Assembly: GCF_006345805.1 (NCBI RefSeq)
Contig: NC_043002.1
Span: 8,742,001 to 8,806,000, forward strand
DNA from: Octopus sinensis
Lineage: Eukaryota
Reading direction: 5' to 3'
DNA: 64,000 nucleotides
The notes beneath the pieces are model-generated. The model did not search any database and was not told where the DNA came from. It worked only from the letters and a program-made list of their open reading frames with translations. Below, one piece after another: positions 51,417 through 63,226 of the stretch. Made by a program: the position numbers and the translations under genes. Positions within the stretch are counted from its first letter, which is position 1. Each line of letters opens with the position of its first letter.

Positions 51417-51699
51417 TCAGTAATTCATATATCCAAAAAAGAAGCACACTAAAACATCCGAGTAGTAACATATTTTTTGGAAGTTAAAAAGTTATGGCCA
51501 GTTATAGTGTGACCATTGGTTTTGCATCTATAAAGCACTTGGCCGTATGGGTAACTTGCCAGGCTCAAATGGCTGCAAGCACATAACTGGAGGGAGAGAT
51601 ATATCACGGTCAGTTGGTTTTCTAAAAAAAATTATAATTATGTGCTGTAGGATGGGGTTAACCCTCTTACATTGGATCCGGTCATGGTGACATTCAAAG

Positions 51700-52420
51700 G
51701 AGTTGTAGGACTATTCAATGAATGGGGGGTTCCAAGCCTGAAGTAGGAAGCATTTTAGATGCGGGCATTGACTGAATACCTCTTTCCTGGAGTTTAAAAA
51801 AGGTCCCCAGCTCGAGTGAGTTTCTTAAGATTCTTGCCCTCTCAGCCAAGCTAAGTTTACATCGTTTGCTCCTATTTATATTAGCCCATGGTTGTTCAAA
51901 GAGCTTCTATTTAATTATGTATGGAGTTTCTTCCTCTTTTAAGTACCATATGTGATTGGCCAAGGATGTAATGTTACACTTTTTTGGTATCTTAAAAGAG
52001 GACTTATGATTGTTCGGACATTGCTTAAACAGGGGCGATTTTGAACTGACATATTTTCGTGTCTGTGTAATGTATGTGCTTCACTGTTGATACTTGTTTC
52101 ATTAACTCCAGGTCTGATGTCATTGTTGTTGCTGGAATTGCTGCCGGTGCTGATATTCTTGGACGTGATTCTGGTTGTTCTGCTGTTGCTGGTGTAACTG
52201 ATGGTATTGTTGTCTCTGCTGCTTGAAGCACTTTTGTTGACACCTCCATTGCCATTATCATTGTTGTCGCTGTTGTTATAGTCATCCGATGTACTGTTGG
52301 TAGTCATCGTATTCCCTTCTATAACAGCTACATAAAGTTGTATAATCGGTTTTCCTAACACACCATTGCATTCTTTAGGGAATACAAAAATTCCTTCTTC
52401 AGCACTAGGAATTGTTCGAG
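51700..52420 (-). mobile_element. Penelope-like GIY-YIG with expanded Asn/Ser/Thr loop
   Basis: TSLANHIWYLKEE..INRSKRCKLSLAERARIL, homologous to 39474-39760. Confidence 0.65.
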
Positions 52421-52659
52421 TCACTGCTACAATCGGTTTTCCAACGATTACTGAAATCTTTTTCCCGAAGCCTTTCTGCAGTGGTCTCACGAAGCTCCTT
52501 CCGGTATTCCTCATGAGAAGTGCGTGAGGGCGACCATGTCTCAAGCTCGTATGTGTTGGCACATCCACAGCACTGCTTCTAAGTTATGTATTATACGTGC
52601 AGTTTCTTTTTTCCCCTTCTTTCTTTTTTTAAATAATACATGAGAATGTTATCAAACAT

Positions 52660-52800
52660 GAACTTACATGCATCCAGATGTAGCTAAATAATATATTGAT
52701 CGCCAACTTCCAGCCTGCTGTTAATTTGGGGCCCTAGTCTGTCTATGAGGATAGCTTCCTTAATTCTTAGATTACCCAAATTTCTTTCATTGGCCTCAAT
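52660..52800 (-). mobile_element. C-terminus of another Penelope-like endonuclease
   Basis: NLRIKEAILIDRLGPQIN (LxIxEAxxI..P.xN motif). Confidence 0.5.
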
Positions 52801-54542
52801 TGTGACTTATGCTTTTGTCGGTGTTAATAAATAGATATACATATCGTAACTAACAATTATCAAGAAATTATAAATTAATATTTTAATAACAATAATAATA
52901 ATAATCAAACATAATGCAATTCAAAAGTTAATAATGTTAAATAATAAACGTTAACTATCTCGTCGATGAATATTATATAATTGTATTTTAAACGTAAATA
53001 TGTAGGTCTTAGCGTTTATAAGAAATTAAACCCGTGAAGACGTTTTGTAAAAAGATAGAATAAAATTATCAATGAAATGACGAAATATATTTATTAATGA
53101 AAAAGACGAAAAATATTTAAGCTTCAAGAATTAAAGAAAAATAGAATAACAAAATAACTATAAATGACTATTTACTATAAATTAAATTTCAAATAGTTAT
53201 TACGTAAAATATACATATAATATTAAATTAATTCATATTACTATAACTAATAGATCTTAATAAAATTATACATAATCATTTATATATTAAGAAATATCTA
53301 AGTTTAAAATTATTCAAATATATTAATATAACATATAATAATATTATATCTACTAAATTATATCCACAAGAAATAAGTAACATAAAAAGAAATAAAGTTT
53401 TACACATACAGAAAAAATTAGCTAAACGTATCATATAGGTAAATAAATTTATGTTAGCATTTAATTTTAAATGACTATTTACCATAAATCTAAAGTCCAA
53501 ATAATAATTAAGTAAAATATATATATATTATATTTAAATTAATTTATATTACTATGATTAATATATACTCTCTTTACTCTTTTACTTGTTTCAGTCATTT
53601 GTTTGTGGCCATGCTGGAGTACCGCCTTTAGTCGAGCAAATCGACCCCCCAGGACTTATTTTTTGTAAGCCTAGTACTTATTCTATCGGTCTCGTTTGCC
53701 GAACCGCTAAGTTACGGGGACGTAAACACACCAGCCCCGGTTGTCAAGCGATGTTGGGGGGACAAACACAGACACGCAAACATATACACACACGCATACA
53801 TACATACATATATATATATACGACGGGCTTCTTTCAGTTTCCATCTACCAAATCCACTCACTTCTACTATAGCCCGAGGCTATAGTAGAAGACACTTGCC
53901 CAAGGTGCCACACAGTGGGACTGAACCCGGAACAATGTGGTTCGTGAGCAAGCTGCTTACCACATAGCCACTCCTACGCCAATATCTTAATAAATTTATA
54001 TAATCATTTATTTATTAGCTAAACCTATTATATAGGTAATTGAACTTATGTTTACATTTAATTTTACGTTCATCTAAGAAAATTTATTATCACATAATTA
54101 TTATTAAATAATATTTCTTTGAATTTATTATTACACAATGAACAAGAATTACTCCCTATACAATACGATTTTGCCCTACAAATAGGCTCCCAAGTTAATT
54201 TATATTTAACAGATCTAGTTTTAAGGTCTCAAATATATTTATTGAGACCTGTTGAATTTATTAGATTTTTATTCCTAAAAGAATACATATGTTGAGCTAC
54301 TCTTAACTTAATTTTATTCGAAGTAGACCCTATATAAATAGCGTTTAAATTGTGATAATTCAAATTCTTATCATACACTTATAGACTACATTATCTAAAT
54401 TACAATTATTATTAAAATTACATGTAGTCTTATCCCTACATGTACAATAAATTATATCTTGGTCTTTATTATTACTGGAATCAATATTTAATTTATTTTT
54501 GTAGAATTTATTTAATTTAAACTTATTAAATGAAATAATATT
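52800..54542. other. Extremely AT-rich, non-microsatellite segment of possibly foreign/organellar origin
   Basis: Sharp compositional change, CpG not depleted, ~80-codon plus frame at ~54100-54350 open if TGA=Trp. Confidence 0.4.
53567..53980 (-). mobile_element. CORE-type SINE inserted in the AT-rich segment
   Basis: Full-length consensus flanked by AATAT. Confidence 0.85.
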
Positions 54543-54679
54543 ACAAGTACTTCAGAGAACCTGATATAGTGTGTGTGTATATATATATAACGGCGGTGCA
54601 TCAGCATGGCCGCAGCTCTGAGCTGAAACTAGAGAAAAAAATATATATATATGTATGTATGTATATATAGTGTAGAGAG

Positions 54680-55690
54680 ACTTAAAGAATTTCAAGACTT
54701 GATGTAAACATTCAATTCCCAATGGAATATAGCCATCAACAACTTCCCTTCCTCGACATCCTCATTAAGAAATTTAACAACGTAATTGAAACAGATATAT
54801 ACTATAAGCCCACGGACTCCAAGCAATATCTACCGTACAACTCATGCTGCCCCAGACACACCAGAAGGAATATCCCCTTCAAACTAGCGAAAAGGATCTG
54901 TACTATAGTTTCTAATGCAAGCATTAGAGACACACGACTACATGAACTAAAGGATACACTCATCACCAGGAACTACCCACCTTCACTAATTGACAAATAC
55001 TTTCAACGTGCCCTACAACTCAACATCCACGAACGCAGACATCCCAAATTTTACAAAAAGGTTTACAACCAAAAGCCCTACCATACATCTCCACACACAA
55101 CCCTCTTAACAATGAAGCCTTCGACACCATCCTTCAAAACATTTTCCGGCTAAAAAAGGACCACAGAATGAACTTAATCCTCCAAGCACACAACATAATA
55201 AAAAGCAAGAGACAGCCCAAATCTATGAAAAGTCCCCTAACACAATCCCGAATACGCTCAACAACAACACTGAAGCCATCAGTAAATAAAATGCGGAAGA
55301 CCCAACTGTGGGATATGCGTCAATTTAATTGAGGGATCAGAGTTCTGCTTCAAACAGGGACAACGTTTCACAGTGAAAAGCAGCTTCACAAGTACTTCGG
55401 AGAACCTGATATATACACTAACCTGCACTAGGTGTCAAGAGCAATATATAGGCCAAACAAAAAAACAGTCTACGCCAAAAGTTGGCTCTGCACAGATCCC
55501 AGATCAAAACTCTGAAAAACAGAAAAATAGGATTCAGCTAACACATCGACATTTACACCAATAACAAAAATCCAAGCTTCAGAATTTTCCCCCTCTATCA
55601 ATTCAGGGACGATAAACTTGTAGCCAACAAATTAGTAAAGAGTCTTTCTTTATCACAAAATACAGACTCCTTTTGAAAACATCTACAATA
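54680..55690 (+). mobile_element. Penelope-like RT C-terminus and GIY-YIG (frameshifted)
   Basis: LPFLDI..ETDIYYKPTDSKQYLPYNSCCP, NLIYTLTCTRCQEQYIGQT. Confidence 0.9.
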
Positions 55691-55696
55691 AATGAC

Positions 55697-55889
55697 CGTC
55701 TGTTTGAAGGTTTATATGTATTCAGTGGAACACATCCACTGGTTTTCAAAAATAGAAATATTATTTCAAATCTCTCTAAAGGAGACTATGACAGCGGGAC
55801 TGGGTATTAATAGTTATCACCAAGCTAACATAGCAGTCCAGAAAAATAGGATGTGTTCCACTGAATATATATAAACCTTCGAACAGACG
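55697..55889. mobile_element. MITE with ~40-bp TIRs
   Basis: CGTCTGTTTGAAGGTTTATATGTATTCAGTGGAACACATCC / GGATGTGTTCCACTGAATATATATAAACCTTCGAACAGACG. Confidence 0.75.
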
Positions 55890-56136
55890 ATGAACAGCGA
55901 CGCCTGCTGGGTTCGACTACTCCAAATTGACAAAGGGCAAATACCACAGACTACTGTGGATGCCTGAACCAGCATGGGGTAACTGAAGGCCTCCCCCGTT
56001 CGAAGGTTGTAATGGACACAGGTTTGTGTGTCACAAAGCCAGCTAGAGGCGATGGCCTCTTGGAGCTAATCAACGGCAGCATTCGTCCTATATTTCTGGA
56101 CTGCCATATTAACTTGCCGATAACTATTAATATACA

Positions 56137-56181
<45 letters not shown>

Positions 56182-56272
56182 GGGAGAATTTACGAAAAAA
56201 AAAAGAGACAAAGACAGGTGGTGTACAAAAAAAAAACAGATGTATTAGCATCACGTTCAGGAATAGAAAAAG

Positions 56273-56310
56273 TCTTTTACGTTTCGAGCCTACGCTCTTC
56301 GACAGAAAGA
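56273..56310 (-). ncRNA. Minimal hammerhead-like motif, CUGUCGA core (best-preserved copy)
   Basis: TCTTT-CTGTCGA-A-GAGC-GTAG-GCTC-GAAAC-GTA-AAAGA. Confidence 0.55.
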
Positions 56311-56887
56311 GACACAGAAAAAAAAAGCAAGGAGAGAAACAAGGAAGAAAAAAATGTGTGTAGTGGCTAACGATCGATCATGGCGGTAGAAATACCCAGT
56401 GTTGCCCTGGTTAAAGAGAATAATGAAATTTAAAATTGTTGTCTAGATTACACATATCTCAACTGCTAGTTGCTGTAATACCAACTTTCTGCATTAATAA
56501 CTCACCAACCCATGCCAGCATGAAACATAGACGTCAAGTGTAATGATAAAAGAAGGTTTGCAGCTAATATTCTTTTACTTGTTTCAGTCATTTGACTGCG
56601 GTCATGCTGGAGCATAAAGTAAATACATTTAATTCAAAATCACGTTTTGGGTAGCTTATTTTGTAACCAAAATACAGGTACAGATTATAAACAATGAAAG
56701 GCCGATTTTGGTGATTCATTTGACAGAGATAGTAGAGAGCCAATCCGGTGATAAATCTGACCTTGGATCTTGAAAGTTTTGCACAAATCCTGGCTCAGTT
56801 AAATCTCTTGTGGCTCCAAATGATATCATCTATAGTGCAGCATTGTATTCTAATTTTGTTTGGGAAGTGCTTGGAATCTTGGTCAGT

Positions 56888-56965
<78 letters not shown>

Positions 56966-57287
56966 ATATATTCATGTATGTATATATACAGACCTAATAT
57001 TGTAATAGTTTGGGATTCAAGGGATCACAACTTTTTAATGCCCTACCAGGGATATGCAAGGTGTAGATATGGAAGTCTTCAAAAAACATGTAGAGTTTTT
57101 TATCTGCAAATTTGGATGAACCCACATCACGGTAGGAGGCCCAAAGAAGAGCGGAAATGTCCAGCTTGCTACTTCACCAGAAGCAATACTTGAAAACTCC
57201 CTGGATGCAGTAAGGCGGTGCACCAGCATGGCCTCAGCCTCTTGCTGAAACCCATAAAAGATCAAATATATATATATGTGTGTGTGT

Positions 57288-57382
<95 letters not shown>

Positions 57383-57757
57383 GGAGATGTACTTGCATAG
57401 CAAGTGACCTGATCTGAGATCGTGTGCCCGAATGAAAACAATTGCAGCGTTGAAGGTGTTTATAAGCCATTTATGAAATACATAAAAGCTGTTAGATTCA
57501 TTTCAACATTTAAATTCAATTCGCCAAAATATTTTCATCGCTTTGAGACCGCGATCTGTTGTTCACTGACAAAATTCCGTGCTGCATTGTTCAGTTAAAT
57601 GGAGCCGCTTTAAATAGTCGTGCTGCATCACCTCTTAACACCCTATTGCTTATTTTGATTTTAGTCACCTTACTTTGAGTGGTACGGATAATACCGCACT
57701 AACATGGTGCTTCAACTTAAGTACTTACTTAATTCAACTGAATCGCAATCAATTGTT

Positions 57758-57837
<80 letters not shown>

Positions 57838-57905
57838 TCCCGGGTTGAGTCGGGGTTAACCACAGTCAATACATAGCAGAGTAAATTAATTTATTTTATA
57901 GAAGG

Positions 57906-57956
57906 AGCTTCTACAAGACTAGAACTGTTTCATTCAAAAGAAATCATCAGGAAGCT
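57906..57956 (-). ncRNA. Type I hammerhead ribozyme (inverted pLTR copy)
   Basis: AGCTTC-CTGATGA-TTTCTTTTGAAT-GAAACAG-TTCTAGTC-TTGTA-GAAGCT. Confidence 0.75.
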
Positions 57957-58195
57957 AGTAGACAAGAGTTGTTTTGGCATTTATACATTTAGGCAGGTTT
58001 AAATGGGTGGTGGTGGGGGACTTTTTCTGGGGGTAGGCATGGCGCAAAACTGTCATTATAAGGGGAGTGGTCAAAGGAATCGTTGGTAAAGTAGATAATA
58101 GAATAAATAAAAGAATAAAAAAATAAAATAAAAAGATAAAAAAATATAAATAGAAAAATAGGGTTTTAGGTAAGTAGGGAGACTCTCACTTGTAC

Positions 58196-59121
58196 TACTC
58201 GTACCACAAACCAAATGAATCCCTTAGATATATAGATATTAATTCCAACCACCCCAAAAATATATTAGACAACCTAGTAAACAGTGTATCAATTAGAATA
58301 TCTAGCCTGTCCGCTACTGAAGATATCTTTAATGCCGCAGCCCCCTATTACAACGAGGCCCTGGCCCGCAGTGGCTTTAAAGATAAGATCACCTATACTA
58401 GTATAGCCCCACGCCAACCTAGGAAAAATAGGCGAAGACACATTAGCTGGTACAACCCCCCTTCAACCGTGAGGTCGCTACACCTGTAGCTAAAATCTTC
58501 TTCACTCTCCTACAGAAACACTTCCCCACCCAACATAAGTACTATACTATCCTAAATAAGAACATTAGACTCTCCTACTCTACCACGCCCAATCTAGCCA
58601 GGAACCTAGCCAACAACAACGTGAAAAAACTTAATATATCTACTCTTTCCGAGGCCCATCCAACATCCGATAGCAATTTCAACTGCCCTGATAAAACCAC
58701 CTGCCCCCTCAACAACAACTGCCTACAGAGGGACCTCGTATATACATGCGAGGTACGATCAGGCCCCGATGATAAAAGAAAATCGTACATCGGAATGACG
58801 TCAAACAGCTTTAAGACCCGTTGGTACGCCCACACACACTCGTTCCGGCGACCTGATAAATCCAACCAAACTACCCTCGCCGCCCACATCTGGTACCTTA
58901 AAAGGAACTCCATCCCCTTCAAGACCAAGTGGAGACTACTACAGAAGGCGCGTTCGTACACAGGAGGCCATACCTGCTGTGACCTTTGCATTTCCGAGAG
59001 CCTAGAGATCTTGTCCGCCAAAGGCCATCTCCTCAACAAGATCTCAGAATACTCCCCAAATTGCATGCATAAAATTTATGCAAACTACAAGAACTATAGA
59101 CCCACCCGGCAACCCGATTGA
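58196..59121 (+). pseudogene. PLE RT C-terminus and GIY-YIG endonuclease, one frameshift in the C-run near 58460
   Basis: YHKPNESLRYI..SNHP, WYNPP, CP..TTCPLNNNCL..LVYTCEV..SYIGMTSNSFKTRW..H, CDLCISE. Confidence 0.9.
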
Positions 59122-59199
59122 CGACACGCCCCCCCCCCCAACCCCACCGTTCCCCCAGCACCCCCGATTAACTTTCCTCCTAAGACTATTCACAGATTG

Positions 59200-59352
59200 T
59201 ATTTGTACACTTGTATATATGTATTGTATATATGTATAGAAATGAATAGGTGTTAGTAGGAATATACGCATGTATGTGAGTGCGTGTATGTGTATTTGTA
59301 TGTACATGTGTATGGGTGTATGTGTGTGGTTTTTTATATTTTATATGTTTTT

Positions 59353-59399
<47 letters not shown>

Positions 59400-59539
59400 T
59401 GTGTATATATATGTGTATGTATGTGTATGTGTATGTATGTGTATGTATATATGTGTATATATGTGTGTATGTCTGTGTATGTATGTATGTGTGTATATAT
59501 ATATGTGTATATATATGTATGTGTATATATATATGTATA

Positions 59540-59582
<43 letters not shown>

Positions 59583-60019
59583 GTGTACGCTCGTGTGTTT
59601 AGGTATATGTAAGTATGTAGAGTTGTGTGTATGTGTATGTATGTATATATATATATATATGTGTAGATGGGTATATACGTGTATGCTTATATGTATGTCT
59701 CCGTCTGTACAAAGGGTAACTGCATGTGTATATATATCTATTATTTATTATTCATTATTTATTATACGAGTATGCGTTTGTATGCATGTATGTATTTATG
59801 TATATAAGGAGGCGCGTGAGTGTGTGTATGTGTATGCATTTGTATAAACATATGTATACATTTATGCATGTATGTGCTTGTGTGTATGTGTATGTACGTA
59901 TATGTATATATATATATGTGTGTATATATATATATATGTATATATATGTATATATATTTATGTATGTATATGTATATGTGTGTGTATGTGTATATATATA
60001 TGTGTAGATGTGTGTGTAA

Positions 60020-60069
<50 letters not shown>

Positions 60070-61134
60070 ATGTGTGTGTATGTGTGTATGTGTGTATGTG
60101 TATATGGATGTGAATATATATGTGTGTGTATGTGTATGTGTATGTATATATATATGTATATATATATATACATATATATATGTATATATATATGTACGCA
60201 TGTGTGTTTATGTATATGTAGGTATGTAGAGTTATGTGTGTATGTATGTATGTATATATACATATGTGTAAATAGATATATATGGGTATGTTTATATGTA
60301 TGTATCCGTTTGTATAATGGGTAACTGCACGTATATATATTATTATTTTATTATATTATTATTATTATTATTATTATTATTTTATTATTATTATTTTGAG
60401 TATGCATGTATCCCGTTTTATATATATATATATATGTATATGTATATATATATGTATGTGTGTGTATATATGTATGAGTGTATATGTGTATGTATATGTA
60501 TATGAGTATATATGTTTATATATATGTATATGTGTATGTATATGTATGTATGTGTATGTATGTGTATATGTATAGTGTAATATATTAATTAGTGTATATG
60601 TATGGACTAGTCTTCTGTGAGTGTGTTGAGGTATGTATGTGTATGCGTGTATGTGAATATACGTGAATGTATGTAGATGTATGCGTGTATGAATATAACA
60701 CGTACGTGTGTGTACGTGTGAGTGTGTGGGCGTGAGTGTAGTGCCTGCGTTCTTCGTATAAGTAGACAGATAACGGAATCTTTAGATCGTCCCGTGAGAC
60801 CGATTGACCGGTCAAGATAAAAATAAAAATAAAGATATAAACAAAAGCAGTAATAATAATTAAAATAAGAGAATAAAAATGTGTGTGTATGTGTGTGCAT
60901 GTATATGCATTTGTATATATTTGTGCGAGTGGGTATACATATATGTATGTATATGTATGTATATGTGTATCTGTGTGTACGTACATGGGTATGTGTATGT
61001 ATGTATGTATATGTATGTATATATATATGCATATGTATGTGTATGTATATATATATATATATATATGTATGTATATGTGGGTATGTATGTATATGTATAG
61101 ATATATGTGAATATGCGGGTGTATATATGTAGAT
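59200..61134. repeat. (TA)n/(TG)n/(TATG)n microsatellite field inside the PLE
   Basis: Direct inspection; internal duplication ~59580-59770 vs ~60190-60400. Confidence 0.9.
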
Positions 61135-61373
61135 GTACAAGTGAGAGTCTCCCTACTTACCTAAAACCCTATTTTTCTATTTATATTTTTTTATCTTTTT
61201 ATTTTATTTTTTTATTCTTTTATTTATTCTATTATCTACTTTACCAACGATTCCTTTGACCACTCCCCTTATAATGACAGTTTTGCGCCATGCCTACCAC
61301 CCAAAAAAGTCCCCCACCACCACCCATTTAAACCTGCCTAAATGTATAAATGCCAAAACAACTCTTGTCTACT

Positions 61374-61424
61374 AGCTTCCTGATGATTTCTTTTGAATGA
61401 AACAGTTCTAGTCCTGTAGAAGCT
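61374..61424 (+). ncRNA. Type I hammerhead ribozyme in the PLE 3' pLTR
   Basis: AGCTTC-CTGATGA-T TTC TTTT GAA T-GAA ACAG TTCTAGTC CTGT-A-GAAGCT; predicted GUA cut after 61418. Confidence 0.8.
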
Positions 61425-62024
61425 CCTTCTATAAAATAAAAAAAAATTAAAAAATATATATATATACAAGTAAAACGCCTCCGTCCAATGGACGGTGCTG
61501 AGTTGTCAAACATTTTAACGAAATTTTCTCAAAACAACTTGTCCGACCGTCCCATAGGCCTCCCCTTTGAGAAACACTGATTTAACCTAAATTTGAGACA
61601 CCAGCAAAAGAAGAAATAAAGATAGACTTTTTTCTATTCCAAAGAAAAACGATTTTATTCACACAAATATGCAACCGAAGAGTTTAAAGTACCAGTAATG
61701 ATAAGGCTGTTGACTGGGAGAACACAAACATGGTTTAAACAGTAAGTTTGGCAGGAAAGAAACGTGCCTTTAAGAAGTACAAAAACAACTAAAAATGGAA
61801 GGTGCAGTTATGTACAGGTTGACAGAAGAAAAGCAGGACAAAAACGGCTTTATCGATCGCATTCTCACCTGGAATCGCTTTTTGTAATTTTTTCAAGACT
61901 TATACACGCCCTGATACTGTTGGTATCTACATATCAAATTTAAGCGCAATCGGATGGAGGATGCCCGAGATCCGATTAGACGCACAGACAGACAGAACGG
62001 ATTTTATATAAGATTATATATATA

Positions 62025-62836
62025 TTTCATATGAAATGCAGTGTACACTTAAACATATTAAGAGGTTTCCATCATAGGAATCCTTTACGCTAGAAAGAAC
62101 AGCTAAAGTCCAAACTACTAATTAGGGATAAATTCTCGAAGGGAATGAAAAATAAAAACATTCACCATCTCTTTCCTGGACCATGGTTTCTGACTTATTT
62201 CAGTAAATAAAATAATTTACCAGGCGACGCCAAACACTAAATATATAAACAACGAGGCCAATCCAGCATGTGTCTCATTGCTTATACATTTTAATTTTTT
62301 TCAAATCCACCACGTAAACGCAGTCTTTTTTTGTCGGCAGCAAAAAGATGCCGGCAAATTCTTTGAACGAATCTATCAGAAATCATTATACAGAAATCAT
62401 AATATCAAGGTAATAAAGATTTTAGAAATTTTTACTACCAGTGGCCTAGCGTATAGAAAAATTAATCAATAGACTACATATTATTCATATAAAATACAGT
62501 GTATATTTAAACACATTAAGAGGTTTCCATCATAGGAATCCTTTACGCTAGAAAGAACAGCTAAAGTCCAAACCACTAATTAGGTATAAATTCTCGAAGG
62601 GAATGAAAAATAACATTCACCATCTCTTTCTTGGACCATGGTTTCTGACTTATTTTAGTAAATAAAATAATTTACCAGGCGAAGTCTTCATCAACAGGGA
62701 CGCCAAACACTAAATATATAAACAACGAAGCCAATCCAGCATGTGTCTCATTGCTTATACATTTTAATTTTTTTCAAATCCACCACGCAGTCTTTTTTAT
62801 CGGCAGCAAAAAGATACCGGCAAATTCTTCGAACGA
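62025..62836. repeat. Tandem duplication, period ~458 bp
   Basis: AGGTTTCCATCATAGGAATCC at 62063 and 62521 with long colinear identity. Confidence 0.85.
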
Positions 62837-62846
62837 ATATATATAT

Positions 62847-62899
<53 letters not shown>

Positions 62900-63164
62900 C
62901 ACACATATATATATATACACACACACACACATGAGTTTTACGTTTTCGATTCTCGTTGAGTTCTACGTCTATTTGTGGTGTCCTGTACACACGTATATAT
63001 ATTTATATATGCATGTATATATACATGTAGATGTAGGTACGTACATATATATTTGTATGTATGCATATATTTTATTTATTACACTATTGTATGACTGAGC
63101 GCCTTCGCGTCGATTTGATTCGATTCGTCTGGTTTTGTTTCGTTTCTTCTTCTCTAAGCTGGTT

Positions 63165-63226
<62 letters not shown>

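Larger units (their letters stand above)
57893..61438 (+). mobile_element. 5'-truncated Penelope-like element with inverted ~300-bp terminal repeats
   Basis: ~57893-58195 is the reverse complement of ~61135-61438; encloses RT thumb and GIY-YIG ORF plus a microsatellite-rich 3' region. Confidence 0.9.

Noticed and set aside
51412-51430. Minus-strand AATTA-CTGACGA downstream of a PLE
   Set aside because: Cut off by (TA)n with no GAAA or stems, so it cannot be called a hammerhead
59280-61140. Many YI/CV/HT-rich ORFs
   Set aside because: Translations of stop-free dinucleotide microsatellites
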